A stretch of 32,000 nucleotides of DNA from Alkanindiges sp. WGS2144 (GTDB taxonomy: Bacteria; Pseudomonadota; Gammaproteobacteria; Pseudomonadales; Moraxellaceae). The stretch lies in assembly GCF_043950625.1 (NCBI RefSeq), contig NZ_CP171007.1; one strand, written 5' to 3'. The notes beneath the pieces are model-generated. The model made no database searches. It was not told the origin of the DNA and saw nothing but the letters and a program-made list of their open reading frames with translations. The translations under genes were made by a program, and so were the position numbers. Numbering within the stretch: position 1 is the stretch's first letter; each line of letters opens with the position of its first letter. Positions 1 to 9,371 of this stretch are shown here, in pieces.

Positions 1-1
1 C

Positions 2-913
2 CGTTTAAGTTTGCAGCAGTTACGTCAGACCTTGGTAGCGCTGGGTTATCAGGAAGCCATCAGCTTTAGTTTTAGTGATGAAAAACTGGAGAAACAGCTT
101 AACCCGCAAGCCAAACTGCTAGCACTGACTAATCCTATTTCCAGTGAACTGGGTGTAATGCGTAGCACCCTGTTGTCTAGCCTGATTCCTTCGGTGCAAT
201 ATAACCTGAATCGTCAGCAAAGCCGCGTGCGCTTGTTTGAAACCGGTTTGCGCTTTGATTATGCCCGCGCCAATAGCATTGGCGAGCTAAAACAAATCCC
301 CACGCTGGCCATGATTGCAACCGGTAGTGCCGTGCCTGAGCAGTGGCACCACAAAGTACAGCTTATGGATTTTTATGATCTAAAAGGCGAGATTGAGCGT
401 ATTTTGTCCACTGCTCGGTTAACGGCAACGTTTGAGCGGAGTGAGTTAAGCTGGTTGCACCCGGGCCAAAGCAGCAGTATTTTGGTCAACGGACAAATAG
501 TAGGTTATCTGGGTCGTTTACATCCCTCCCTGGAAGACGAGCTTGATTTAGGCAAAACCTGGGTTAGCGAAATTGATCTGGATGTGCTTTTGCAACCTTA
601 TGTATCTAATTTTACAGAATTATCACGTTTTCCCTCAGTCAGACGTGATATAGCTGTTTTAATCAATGCTACTATTACCATTGATCAAATTCAGCATACG
701 ATTCAATCAGCTGCGGGAGAATATTTAATACAAAGCTGGTTATTCGATGTGTACACCGGACAGGGCATAGAAGCAGGGCAGCGTTCATTGGCATTTGCTT
801 TGTTATGGCAACATCCGGAACGTACATTGGAAGATGCTGAAATTAAGGAAGGAATGCAACGTGTGATTGATGCGTTGCAGGATACATATCAGGCGACTTT
901 GAGGGCATCATGA
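2..913 (+). CDS. pheT: Phenylalanine--tRNA ligase beta subunit, C-terminal part (5' end upstream of window)
   Basis: The frame is open from the window edge to TGA 911-913. The C-terminal sequence [34 protein letters not shown] matches the PheT C-terminal domain. The stop overlaps the ihfA start (ATGA), which is the classic pheST-ihfA arrangement. Confidence 0.93.
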   Translation, partial: RLSLQQLRQTLVALGYQEAISFSFSDEKLEKQLNPQAKLLALTNPISSELGVMRSTLLSSLIPSVQYNLNRQQSRVRLFETGLRFDYARANSIGELKQIPTLAMIATGSAVPEQWHHKVQLMDFYDLKGEIERILSTARLTATFERSELSWLHPGQSSSILVNGQIVGYLGRLHPSLEDELDLGKTWVSEIDLDVLLQPYVSNFTELSRFPSVRRDIAVLINATITIDQIQHTIQSAAGEYLIQSWLFDVYTGQGIEAGQRSLAFALLWQHPERTLEDAEIKEGMQRVIDALQDTYQATLRAS

Positions 914-1209
914 CTGCACTAACCAAAGCCGAAATGGCTGATCATTTAAGTGAAAAAACCGGCCTTAACCGTCGGGAAGCCAAACAGTTGGTAGAGCTGT
1001 TCTTTGAAGAAATCAGTCAGGCATTGATTGCAGGTGAACAGGTCAAGCTCTCAGGGTTCGGTAATTTTGAACTACGCGACAAACGGCAGCGTCCGGGCCG
1101 TAACCCGAAGACTGGTGAAGAAATTCCTATCACTGCGCGTCGGGTAGTTACTTTCCGTGCCGGACAGAAGTTTCGCCAGCGTGTGGAACAGGAGCAGTAC
1201 GACGAATAG
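910..1209 (+). CDS. ihfA: Integration host factor alpha subunit
   Basis: 99 aa. [10 protein letters not shown]...[39 protein letters not shown] is the IHF/HU fold with the IHF-alpha arm sequence. It lies immediately after pheT. Confidence 0.95.
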   Translation: MTALTKAEMADHLSEKTGLNRREAKQLVELFFEEISQALIAGEQVKLSGFGNFELRDKRQRPGRNPKTGEEIPITARRVVTFRAGQKFRQRVEQEQYDE

Positions 1210-1263
1210 TCGACCAGCGTAGCTAACAGTAAGTGATTACTAAATTTTAAGATAGTTTGTTAC

Positions 1264-1321
1264 AAGCACTTATTAAGTCAGGACTTTTGCTTGCATTACC
1301 TGGTTTGATGAGTGCTTTTTT
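1264..1321 (+). terminator. Putative rho-independent terminator of ihfA
   Basis: A 19-nt arm aagcacttattaagtcagg (1264-1282) pairs, with G-U wobbles, to cctggtttgatgagtgctt (1299-1317). A T6 run follows (1316-1321). Confidence 0.55.
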
Positions 1322-1448
1322 GTTGGCTGTAGAATCTACCACCATAATCCGCACTAAAATGAAAAGCTGCAATAGCTGGATTTGCACTTTACCCAACGAT
1401 AGGCTTGTCAGTTGTGTTCACGGTTTATAATGCAAAATTGATAGGCAA

Positions 1449-1478
1449 TAAAAAAGAGAGCAGTTGCTCTCTTTTTTG
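1449..1478 (-). terminator. Rho-independent terminator downstream of the lipoprotein gene (symmetric, A/T-flanked)
   Basis: aaaaagagagc-agtt-gctctcttttt hairpin with T/A runs on both sides, about 15 nt after the TAA at 1492-1494. Confidence 0.65.
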
Positions 1479-1491
1479 AAGCAAAACACTA

Positions 1492-1818
1492 TTACTGAGC
1501 AGTAGTGTCAGCAGCTGGAGCAGCGGCGTTGTTAGCAGCAGCATCGGCGCTGTCTTCAGCAGCATCAGCAGCGTCTTCAGCAGCATCAGCAGCAGTGTTG
1601 GCAGCATCAGCAGCAGCGTTGGTAGCATCAGCGGTAGCGTCAGCAGTAGTTGCTTCAGCAGCGTCGGTAGCAGCAGCAGCAGCGTCAGCAGCAGCAGCAG
1701 AAGCTTGAGCAGCAGAGTCTTGAGCTTCAGCAGCTTGCTCGTCAGCTTTTTTTGAACAACCAACGAATGCTAAAGAAGCAGCAATAGCAGCAGCAATTGC
1801 GATTTTTTTGATTTGCAT
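1492..1818 (-). CDS. Small acidic Ala/Asp-rich lipoprotein
   Basis: I prefer the ATG at 1818 (MQIKKIAIAAAIAASLAFVGC) over the ORF-track start at 1860. It has a signal peptide with lipobox FVG-C. The mature part is low-complexity (DAA/EDAA repeats). A terminator follows directly downstream. Confidence 0.75.
   Translation of the reverse strand: MQIKKIAIAAAIAASLAFVGCSKKADEQAAEAQDSAAQASAAAADAAAAATDAAEATTADATADATNAAADAANTAADAAEDAADAAEDSADAAANNAAAPAADTTAQ
1552..1593. repeat. Perfect 21-bp tandem duplication inside the lipoprotein gene
   Basis: gtcttcagcagcatcagcagc occurs at 1552-1572 and again at 1573-1593. It encodes AADAAED twice on the minus strand. Confidence 0.9.
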
Positions 1819-1996
1819 GGCATTACTCTCACAAAAAATAAAGGTTTTCGAAAACCACAAATTAATCCGCCTCTTGTTTATTGCTTTCCGACGCCTTACG
1901 GCATAGGTTGCAGTGCAAGGTCAGATTAAATGGTGACATTATGCTAGCATTGGTTTTTTAAAAAAACTACTCCCTTTTGATTATTTTTTTTAAAAA

Positions 1997-3007
1997 TTAA
2001 TCGCTTTGTCGGGCAGTTACGAAAATTAGCCGCTGCACTTTTTGGTGCTCTGCTTCGTTTAAGGCATCCATCATTTGCACCAGTATTTTTTCCAGCGAGA
2101 TTTCCTGTTCCAGAGGAATACTACATACACCATATGTTAAATGAATGGCCGGGCAGCCCAGCCCTTCCTTAATTTGCATGAGTGCCTTAACCAACTGACC
2201 AGTTTGTGAGGCATTGGTATCGCACAGTAATACTGCCAAATGCTGTTTATTGATCTGTACCAATAGGTCACATTTGCGCAACCGCCCCTTATAGGCGTTG
2301 AACAATTGCCGTGCAAATGCTTTTTGGCGTTGTGGCGCTGACTCTATTCTGACCATAAGCAGACTTAAGGGAATCTGGTTGCGCTGATGATAGGGGTAAA
2401 GATAAGACAGTCCTTCAATCAACTGCCGTTTTTGCCCAAGCGCTGGACTTAAAGCAGGTTTTACATCGATAGTGCTATATAGGGAAGACGTTCTAAAGTA
2501 ATACAGATAACCCAGTATGCATGTTGCCGCAGCAACAAGGTGGGGTGTTTGTAACTGGCTACCTGCCAAAGTATTAAACAGCCAGCCAGCCGTTAAGGCG
2601 GCAATAGCAAAGCCAACAAGGATAGTATTTAAAAGTGCAAGCTTAAGGTCATGCAGTGCGGCAATGGTGAAAATAATTGCTATGATCACTGCAATGCTGG
2701 CCTGATTAATCAGCATAAAAGGCAAAGACAGGGCAAAAATAAGATCAATAACCAGCCCTGAATAAAAAATGGCCGGGCGAGTGGGTTTAAATAAAACCAG
2801 CAAATAATTCAGTGCGCTAAGCAAACTATAGCCAATTAAAGCGGTATAAATATTCTGGTTAATATAAACAGCAGAAAAATTGGCAACAGTGTAAACCTGC
2901 CAGCCTAAAATAGCAGCCAGCAGGAAGCGCAGTATAAGAAGTAATCCCTGAAATTGCTGGCTTTGTTTATATTCAATGAGAGAGTGCAGAGAAAGAAAGG
3001 GGGACAT
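1997..3007 (-). CDS. Polytopic membrane protein with C-terminal degenerate GGDEF-like domain
   Basis: 336 aa. The N-terminal ~180 aa contain about 5-6 hydrophobic segments. The C-terminal part follows the GGDEF-domain pattern: RKCD-LLVQI-NKQHL-AVLLCDTN, against canonical RxxD-x5-GGDEF-aVLLp.t. The catalytic motifs are lost. Confidence 0.65.
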   Translation of the reverse strand: MSPFLSLHSLIEYKQSQQFQGLLLILRFLLAAILGWQVYTVANFSAVYINQNIYTALIGYSLLSALNYLLVLFKPTRPAIFYSGLVIDLIFALSLPFMLINQASIAVIIAIIFTIAALHDLKLALLNTILVGFAIAALTAGWLFNTLAGSQLQTPHLVAAATCILGYLYYFRTSSLYSTIDVKPALSPALGQKRQLIEGLSYLYPYHQRNQIPLSLLMVRIESAPQRQKAFARQLFNAYKGRLRKCDLLVQINKQHLAVLLCDTNASQTGQLVKALMQIKEGLGCPAIHLTYGVCSIPLEQEISLEKILVQMMDALNEAEHQKVQRLIFVTARQSD

Positions 3008-3223
3008 ACGCTAACAGCCATCAAGCTTATACAGTGACTCAGTATCAAAATGCAGGAAGCTAAAAGCTTGAATCCATATAGAAGCCTGAGTCAGCACAGA
3101 AACATGAGTCAGCATAAATTCCTTGATTATACCGGGCTGTTTTAATTAGGTAATCATAGCATGGCTAATAAGATTGACTACTAAAAAATTGAGCCAAACC
3201 CTTGTTTTTAATATTGGGGAAAT

Positions 3224-3261
3224 AAAAAAGCACTTTAAAATTTTGCTTAAAGTGCTTTTTG
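3224..3261 (-). terminator. Rho-independent terminator of rho (symmetric)
   Basis: aaaaagcactttaa (3225-3238) / ttaaagtgcttttt (3247-3260) hairpin with an 8-nt loop and flanking A/T runs, about 25 nt after the rho stop. Confidence 0.75.
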
Positions 3262-3285
3262 AAATAGGCCAAAAAAGAGGGCTAT

Positions 3286-4554
3286 TTAGGTTGAGGATTT
3301 ACGCTTCATATGATCAAAGAAATCATCATTGGTTTTTGAATCTTTCATGCGATCCAGCAGGAATTCAATGGCTGCTAGCTCATCCATAGGATGCAACAGC
3401 TTGCGCAGAATCCAGACTTTACGCAATTTATCTTCATCCATTAAGCGTTCTTCACGACGAGTGCCGGATTTTTTGATATTCATGGCAGGGAACACGCGCT
3501 TTTCAGCAATGCGACGATCCAGATTAATTTCCTGGTTACCTGTACCCTTAAACTCCTCAAAAATGACCTCATCCATTTTGCTGCCGGTATCAATCAGGGC
3601 AGTGGCAATAATGGTTAAGGAGCCACCTTCTTCAATATTACGGGCTGCACCAAAGAAGCGTTTTGGGCGCTCCAGTGCATGCGCATCCACACCACCGGTT
3701 AATACCTTGCCAGAAGAAGGAATCACGGTATTATAGGCACGCGCCAGGCGGGTGATGGAATCGAGTAAAATGACCACGTCTTTTTTGTGTTCTACCAAGC
3801 GCTTGGCTTTTTCAATCACCATTTCGGCAACCTGAATATGACGCGCTGGCGGCTCATCAAAGGTAGAGGCCACGACTTCACCGCGCACTGTGCGCTCCAT
3901 TTCGGTGACTTCTTCCGGGCGCTCATCAATCAGCAGTACAATAAGGAAAGCTTCGGGGTTATTGCGGGTAATAGACTGCGCGATGCTTTGTAATAGCATG
4001 GTTTTACCGGCTTTTGGGGGCGCTACAATAATAGAGCGCTGCCCTTTGCCGATAGGCGCAATCAGGTCAACCACACGTGCTGTCAGGTCTTCAGTGGTAC
4101 CGTTGCCCAGTTCCATCACCAATTGTTCGGTTGGAAACAGTGGAGTCAGGTTTTCAAACAAAATCTTGTTGCGGGAGTTTTCCGGGGTATCGTAGTTAAT
4201 CTGGTTAACTTTTAATAAAGCAAAATAACGTTCGCCTTCTTTAGGTGGACGAATAGTGCCGGTAATGGTGTCGCCAGTACGCAGGTTAAAGCGGCGGATT
4301 TGTGAAGGGCTAACATAAATATCGTCAGGGCCTGCCAGATAAGAACCGGCTGCTGAGCGTAAGAATCCAAACCCATCTGACAAAATCTCTAGAACGCCAT
4401 CACCAAAAATTTCTTCGCCGTTCATGGCATGCCGTTTTAAAATCGCAAAAATAATGTCCTGTTTACGATTGCGGGCCATGCCTTCAAGACCCATGAACTC
4501 GGCAATTTGAATGAGTTCACCAATTGGTTTTTTCTTCAGTTCAGTAAGATTCAT
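3286..4554 (-). CDS. rho: Transcription termination factor Rho
   Basis: 422 aa. [25 protein letters not shown]..., the RNA-binding region GFGFLRS, Walker A APPKAGKT and the conserved C-terminal KTNDDFF. Confidence 0.98.
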   Translation of the reverse strand: MNLTELKKKPIGELIQIAEFMGLEGMARNRKQDIIFAILKRHAMNGEEIFGDGVLEILSDGFGFLRSAAGSYLAGPDDIYVSPSQIRRFNLRTGDTITGTIRPPKEGERYFALLKVNQINYDTPENSRNKILFENLTPLFPTEQLVMELGNGTTEDLTARVVDLIAPIGKGQRSIIVAPPKAGKTMLLQSIAQSITRNNPEAFLIVLLIDERPEEVTEMERTVRGEVVASTFDEPPARHIQVAEMVIEKAKRLVEHKKDVVILLDSITRLARAYNTVIPSSGKVLTGGVDAHALERPKRFFGAARNIEEGGSLTIIATALIDTGSKMDEVIFEEFKGTGNQEINLDRRIAEKRVFPAMNIKKSGTRREERLMDEDKLRKVWILRKLLHPMDELAAIEFLLDRMKDSKTNDDFFDHMKRKSST

Positions 4555-4799
4555 AGAGGTTCAGATATGAGAAAAGATAGGGAGTTAAACGCAGCAATGT
4601 ATTGCAAGAATGCGCCTCGATAAAATCAGGATATACAACATGTATTTTTACTTGCTTTATGCTTAAGCAAGTTAAAAACTACCAATAGATAACTAAAACG
4701 AAAAGTCGATAGACAATTTCTAAGTGCCGAACGGCTATTTCTGTCAAATGAAAAAGTTCTCATTCGATAGAGCAAGTGACTTGCTTGATCTTGCCCTAC

Positions 4800-4829
4800 A
4801 CTATAAAGCGCTTAACAATTGCTTGTCAA
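4800..4829 (-). promoter_or_regulatory. Candidate sigma-70 promoter for rho
   Basis: The minus strand reads TTGACA (4829-4824), an 18-nt spacer, then TATAGT (4805-4800). This would give a leader of roughly 240 nt before the rho ATG at 4554. It lies downstream of the trxA terminator. Confidence 0.45.
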
Positions 4830-4871
4830 TATTTGATCGGCAAGCAAATACAAAAAGTTGGTTGCAAAGCA

Positions 4872-4905
4872 CTAAAAATACCGCCTTTATCGAGTAAGGC
4901 GGTAT
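4872..4905 (-). terminator. Rho-independent terminator of trxA
   Basis: ataccgcctt (4878-4887) / aaggcggtat (4896-4905) form a 10-bp stem. On the minus strand it is followed by ttttt, just after the trxA stop. Confidence 0.75.
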
Positions 4906-4914
4906 CACAGGATA

Positions 4915-5238
4915 TTAGATGTTCTGGTCAATAAATGCAGCCAGTTTGGAACGGGGTTGGGCACCGACCTGCTGGGCCACGGCCTGTCCGTCCTTGAAAA
5001 TCAGCAGCGCTGGAATATTGCGGATATTGTATTGAACAGCCGTGTCCTCGCAGGAAGTGACATCAACCTTTACAATCTTGATTTTACCGTCATATTCACG
5101 GGCCAGGTCTTCCAGTACTGGAGCAATTGCCTTACATGGTGCACACCAGCCTGCCCAAAAATCTACCAGTACAGGGACATCAGATTCCAGTACGTCTTTT
5201 TTAAAATCCTGGTCAGTGGTGTTGATGATATCAGACAT
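4915..5238 (-). CDS. trxA: Thioredoxin
   Basis: I prefer the ATG at 5238 (MSDIINTTDQDF...), which has GGAG 9 nt upstream. Active site FWAGWCAPCK. Length is ~107 aa, and the gene sits upstream of rho as in many gammaproteobacteria. Confidence 0.93.
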   Translation of the reverse strand: MSDIINTTDQDFKKDVLESDVPVLVDFWAGWCAPCKAIAPVLEDLAREYDGKIKIVKVDVTSCEDTAVQYNIRNIPALLIFKDGQAVAQQVGAQPRSKLAAFIDQNI

Positions 5239-5590
5239 AGGTTTACTCCATTTATAGGGTGTATCATGCAGCATACAATGATGCGGTGATAGATGTATGC
5301 GGTTAATGTATAGGCTTATATGTACAGCGCTATATTTCAGTTATGCCAGTATAAACACATGATCGCGTTAAGATTCACTTATTGTCAGTGACAATTGCGT
5401 TTTTGTCCAATGGATGCTTTCGATTTTGTGTATCGTTTTAGGCAATGATCTGTGTTATGGCTGATCTTTATATTTCTAACCTCATCAATCTAATAGTTTG
5501 AGTGGAGATTTAAAAATCTAGTCTGCTGACTTTTCTTTCCATGCAGGGTAATTTAACCTGTACGGGCTTTTTTACGAGTCGATAAACAGC

Positions 5591-7129
5591 ATGGCAGAGC
5601 TTTCAGTACAGGATGAATTACTGGCTGCAATTGATATTGGTTCAAATAGCATTCATTTCGCGGTTGCACGTCTGGATCATGGTGAGATTAAAAAAATCAT
5701 TTCCATGTCCGAAAAAGTGCAGCTTGCAGCAGGCCTGGATGAGCAGGAAGGTTTAAGTGACGCCGCACAACAGCGCGCGTTTGACTGCTTGTGCCGTTTT
5801 GTAGAGTGCCTGGATGATATTGCACCTCATCGTTTGCGTATTGTGGCGACTCACGCCTTGCGTCAGGCTAAAAATTCGCAGGTATTTATCCAGCAGGCAG
5901 CACAAATTTTGCCTAAGCCCATTGAAATTATTTCCGGGCGGGAAGAAGCACGGCTGATTTACCTGGGAGTGTCGCACGGTATGCCATATGGTGGGCGTCG
6001 TCTGGTTATCGATATTGGTGGGGGTTCTACAGAGTTTATTATTGGTGAGGGTTTTGAGCCAATTCATACTGAATCGCTGCAAATGGGATGTGTTTCTTAT
6101 ACCAGCGCGTTTTTCAGGGACGGTGTTATCAACAGCACTGCATTTGATCAGGCCGTAGCAGCGGCCAAAAAAGAAATTCGCACTATTGCTGCGGCCTATA
6201 AAGCCACTGGCTGGGATACTGTGGTTGGCTCCAGCGGAACGATTAAAGCGTGCCAGCAGATATTGATAGCACTGGGCTTAAGTGATGCTCAGGAGTATAT
6301 TTTATTTTCCGGTCTACAAGCTTTAAAGCAGCATTTACTTACTTTGATCCATGTTGATCAAATTGACTTTAAGGAGTTAAAACAGGATCGCCGCGGTGTA
6401 TTACCGGCAGGGCTTGCCATTTTATGGGCGATTTTTGAGGTGTTTGGGCTGGATAAGCTGGCCTATGCAGACAGTGCACTGCGTGAAGGCGTGATGTATG
6501 ACCTGCTGGGTCGCCTTTGTGATGAAGATGTTCGTGATCGCAGTGTTCAGGCCATGATGGCACGCTACCATGTGGATCATCAGCAGGCTGAACGGGTGGT
6601 AGACACGGCTAGTCAGTTATTTGCCCAGGTCTGCCAGCCTCTGGCACTCAGTGCTGAATATGCTGATTTACTGCGGCGGGCAGCTTACCTGCATGAGATT
6701 GGCTTGGCGGTAAGTCATGCAGGCTATCACCGGCATGGGGCTTATTTGTTGCAACATTCGGATATTCCCGGTTTTTCGCAAACTGATCAGGGCAGGCTGG
6801 CACTGCTGGTTGGCTGTCATCGACGCAAGCTAAAAGCCGAACAAAAAGAAGCCGTATTAAAAGCAGGCGACTTGTCTTTGTGCCATGTGAGTTTATTATT
6901 GCGGCTAGCGGTGCTGGTGCATCACGGCCGTAGTGAGCAACCACCACCAGTGCTGCGGCTTGATGTTGTTAATGACCATACCTGGCAATTAACCATTGAT
7001 GATACAACACAGGCCAATTTATTACTGCTGGCTGATTTGCAGGAAGAACAGCAACAATTTGGGCACTGGGGCATGGGGCTTCAGGTGCACGCATTATCTG
7101 TACAAAAAGCATATGTACAAGAGGCATAA
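5591..7129 (+). CDS. ppx: Exopolyphosphatase (Ppx/GppA family)
   Basis: 512 aa. N-terminal AAIDIGSNSIHFAVARL and DIGGGSTEF are ASKHA phosphate-binding motifs. A C-terminal HD-like region contains LHEIG. The length fits Ppx better than GppA. Confidence 0.88.
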   Translation: MAELSVQDELLAAIDIGSNSIHFAVARLDHGEIKKIISMSEKVQLAAGLDEQEGLSDAAQQRAFDCLCRFVECLDDIAPHRLRIVATHALRQAKNSQVFIQQAAQILPKPIEIISGREEARLIYLGVSHGMPYGGRRLVIDIGGGSTEFIIGEGFEPIHTESLQMGCVSYTSAFFRDGVINSTAFDQAVAAAKKEIRTIAAAYKATGWDTVVGSSGTIKACQQILIALGLSDAQEYILFSGLQALKQHLLTLIHVDQIDFKELKQDRRGVLPAGLAILWAIFEVFGLDKLAYADSALREGVMYDLLGRLCDEDVRDRSVQAMMARYHVDHQQAERVVDTASQLFAQVCQPLALSAEYADLLRRAAYLHEIGLAVSHAGYHRHGAYLLQHSDIPGFSQTDQGRLALLVGCHRRKLKAEQKEAVLKAGDLSLCHVSLLLRLAVLVHHGRSEQPPPVLRLDVVNDHTWQLTIDDTTQANLLLLADLQEEQQQFGHWGMGLQVHALSVQKAYVQEA

Positions 7130-7135
7130 ATAGAC

Positions 7136-7969
7136 ATGAACGCTGAAACAACTTCCTTTGCTGCATGGAAAACCGTACAGATCGCGCGTCATCCGGAGCG
7201 GCCACAATTTCTGGATTATGTCAGCGAGCTGTTTAGTGAATTTGATCCCTTACATGGTGATCGGGTGTATGGGGATGATGGCGCGATGATCGGGGGGCTG
7301 GCCCGCTTTGATGGCCAGCCGGTGATGGTCATTGGTCAGCATAAAGGTCGCAGTACCCGCGAGCGCTTGCAGCATAACTTTGGCATGTGTAATCCGGAGG
7401 GTTACCGTAAGTCGCTCCGCCTGTTTGAAATGGCCGAGCATTACGGCCTGCCGGTATTTACTTTTATTGATACTATGGGTGCTTATCCGGGTGTGGGCGC
7501 TGAAGAACGCGGTCAGGCAGAAGCCATTGCGCGTAATTTAGCCATGCTGTCACGCTTAAAAGTGCCGGTTATTGCCACAGTGATTGGTGAAGGTGGTTCT
7601 GGTGGAGCGCTGGCGATAGGGGTGGCTGATCGGGTCATTATGTTATCACACAGTATTTATTCGGTGATTTCTCCGGAAGGCTGTGCAGCTATTTTGTGGA
7701 AAACCAATGAAAAAGCTGCACAAGCCAGTGAAGCCATGGCGATTACCGCTGATCGCCTACAAGCGCTGGGTATTGTAGAGCATGTGGTCGATGAAGGCGA
7801 AGGTGCGCACTTGCAGCCTTTGGTGGTGATGGAGCACTTGCATCAGGTGCTGCGTGACTCCCTGGATGAGTTACAGTCAATGGAGAGTGAAGCACGATGT
7901 CAGGCACGGTATCAGCGTCTGATGCGTTTTGGCAGCAGCCAGTTACAAGACAGCTCCAGCAGCAGCTAA
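7136..7969 (+). CDS. accA: Acetyl-CoA carboxylase carboxyltransferase alpha subunit
   Basis: 277 aa. [49 protein letters not shown] and [10 protein letters not shown] are present. It lacks the ~45-aa N-terminal helix region of E. coli AccA, as I recall for Acinetobacter-type AccA. Confidence 0.95.
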   Translation: MNAETTSFAAWKTVQIARHPERPQFLDYVSELFSEFDPLHGDRVYGDDGAMIGGLARFDGQPVMVIGQHKGRSTRERLQHNFGMCNPEGYRKSLRLFEMAEHYGLPVFTFIDTMGAYPGVGAEERGQAEAIARNLAMLSRLKVPVIATVIGEGGSGGALAIGVADRVIMLSHSIYSVISPEGCAAILWKTNEKAAQASEAMAITADRLQALGIVEHVVDEGEGAHLQPLVVMEHLHQVLRDSLDELQSMESEARCQARYQRLMRFGSSQLQDSSSSS

Positions 7970-9243
7970 ATCAATTTGAGCCATCACAGCGCTTTTTGGT
8001 GGCATGCAGTGGCGGACGTGATTCTTTAAGTCTGACTCGTGCGTTGCAACTGCTGTGCCCGGGGCGGGTGCGCATTGTTCATATTAACCATCAATTGCAG
8101 GCACCCGCACGGCAGTGGGCAGACTGGCTTAGCACTCAGTGTACGCTGTGGGACTTACCCCATGTGATCAAAAACGTTCAGGTCAAAGCAGGCAATGTTG
8201 AAGAGCAGGCACGCAATGCCCGTTATGCTGCCCTCTTTGAGACTGTACAGCCGGATGAGGTTTTGGTGTTAGGCCATCATCAACAGGATCAGGCAGAAAC
8301 AGTTTTTTTACGCTTGTTGTCAGGTAGTGGAGTAGTGGGTTTGTCTGCCATGAAAATGCTGGAACAGCGCCACGGTGTTCAGTTATGGCGACCTTTATTA
8401 CAGTGTACACGTGCCCACATTACCCAGCTGGCGGCATTAATTTGCCCCCAGTACATTGATGATCCGGCTAACCAGCAGCAGCAGTTTGACCGGGTGTTTT
8501 TACGCCAGCAGGTATGGCCTTTATTAAGCGAACGCTGGCCTGCGCTAAATAGTAGCTTGAGCCGGTCGGCCACTTTAATGCAGGATTGCAGCGAGATTTT
8601 GCAGGATGTGGTGCAGCAGGACTGGCAGCGTTGCGGCAATGAGCAACAGCTTGATATTGATCAGTTGCTTAGCTTAAGCCCGGCACGTCAGCGCTTGCTG
8701 ATTTCACGCTGGATGCAGGGTAAAGCGCAGGAAAACTCCCGCCAGCAATATGCGCCAGCCTTTCATCTGGTAGAGCAGCTACGTCAGGCGCTTATAGAGG
8801 CACGGCAGGATGCAGCGCCTAAAGTTGAATGGCAGGGCTGGCAGTTCAGGCGTTATCAGAAATTGATATATCGCTTGCCTAAACAACTAGTGGTTGCTAA
8901 CGATCAATTGCTGGATTGGCAGGTAGATCAACAGATAAACGTGCCAAGTGGTCTATGGCGATGGCAAGAGCAGACGTTTGGTTTTCCATTGGAGATGCTG
9001 GCACAGCCGTGGACTTTACAGGCACGCCGTGGTGGAGAGGTATTACATTTGCGTGGGCGGGCAGGGCGTTGGCCACTTAAAAAAAGCCTGCAAAGTGCCG
9101 GTCTAGCACCCTGGCAGCGTCAGCAGGTGCATCTGCTGATACAGGGGGAGCTTGTTTTGGGCGTGCTGACGTCTCAGGGTTTTTGGCCTGCTGTGCAGCC
9201 TGCCTGGGTAGCACAGGGCTGGTTGCCTGAGCGGATCAGTTGA
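7897..9243 (+). CDS. tilS: tRNA(Ile)-lysidine synthase
   Basis: 448 aa. PP-loop motif [10 protein letters not shown]. It follows accA, which is conserved synteny. The only plausible start (ATG 7897) overlaps the accA 3' end by 73 nt. Confidence 0.88.
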   Translation: MSGTVSASDAFWQQPVTRQLQQQLNQFEPSQRFLVACSGGRDSLSLTRALQLLCPGRVRIVHINHQLQAPARQWADWLSTQCTLWDLPHVIKNVQVKAGNVEEQARNARYAALFETVQPDEVLVLGHHQQDQAETVFLRLLSGSGVVGLSAMKMLEQRHGVQLWRPLLQCTRAHITQLAALICPQYIDDPANQQQQFDRVFLRQQVWPLLSERWPALNSSLSRSATLMQDCSEILQDVVQQDWQRCGNEQQLDIDQLLSLSPARQRLLISRWMQGKAQENSRQQYAPAFHLVEQLRQALIEARQDAAPKVEWQGWQFRRYQKLIYRLPKQLVVANDQLLDWQVDQQINVPSGLWRWQEQTFGFPLEMLAQPWTLQARRGGEVLHLRGRAGRWPLKKSLQSAGLAPWQRQQVHLLIQGELVLGVLTSQGFWPAVQPAWVAQGWLPERIS

Positions 9244-9371
9244 TGGTTAGGGTAAAATTAACCAGCCTGAGTGGTTCAGCAACAATCTGCATATAAGCTG
9301 CCTAAACCTGCCCTGAATGCCGTATAATTTGCCTCCAGTGCGCTTTTTCATATATACGGTGATCTTCAACA

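Noticed and set aside
1425-1763. Long ORFs (112 aa on the minus strand; also 1505-1708 on the plus strand, 67 aa) overlapping the lipoprotein gene
   Set aside because: They are products of GCA/GCT/CAG-rich repetitive DNA, which stays open in several frames. Their translations are poly-Leu or poly-Ala/Ser with no start context. Only the frame with the signal peptide plus lipobox and a downstream terminator makes biological sense.
3329-4195. Plus-strand ORFs (135, 68 and 101 aa) inside rho; also 3174-3389 spanning the rho terminator
   Set aside because: They are antisense shadows of a highly conserved gene, with no RBS and no recognisable protein features.
4915-5238. Thioredoxin active site WCAPC instead of the E. 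coli WCGPC
   Set aside because: This is a single conservative substitution in an otherwise canonical TrxA. It is probably lineage-typical and cannot be judged unusual without an alignment.
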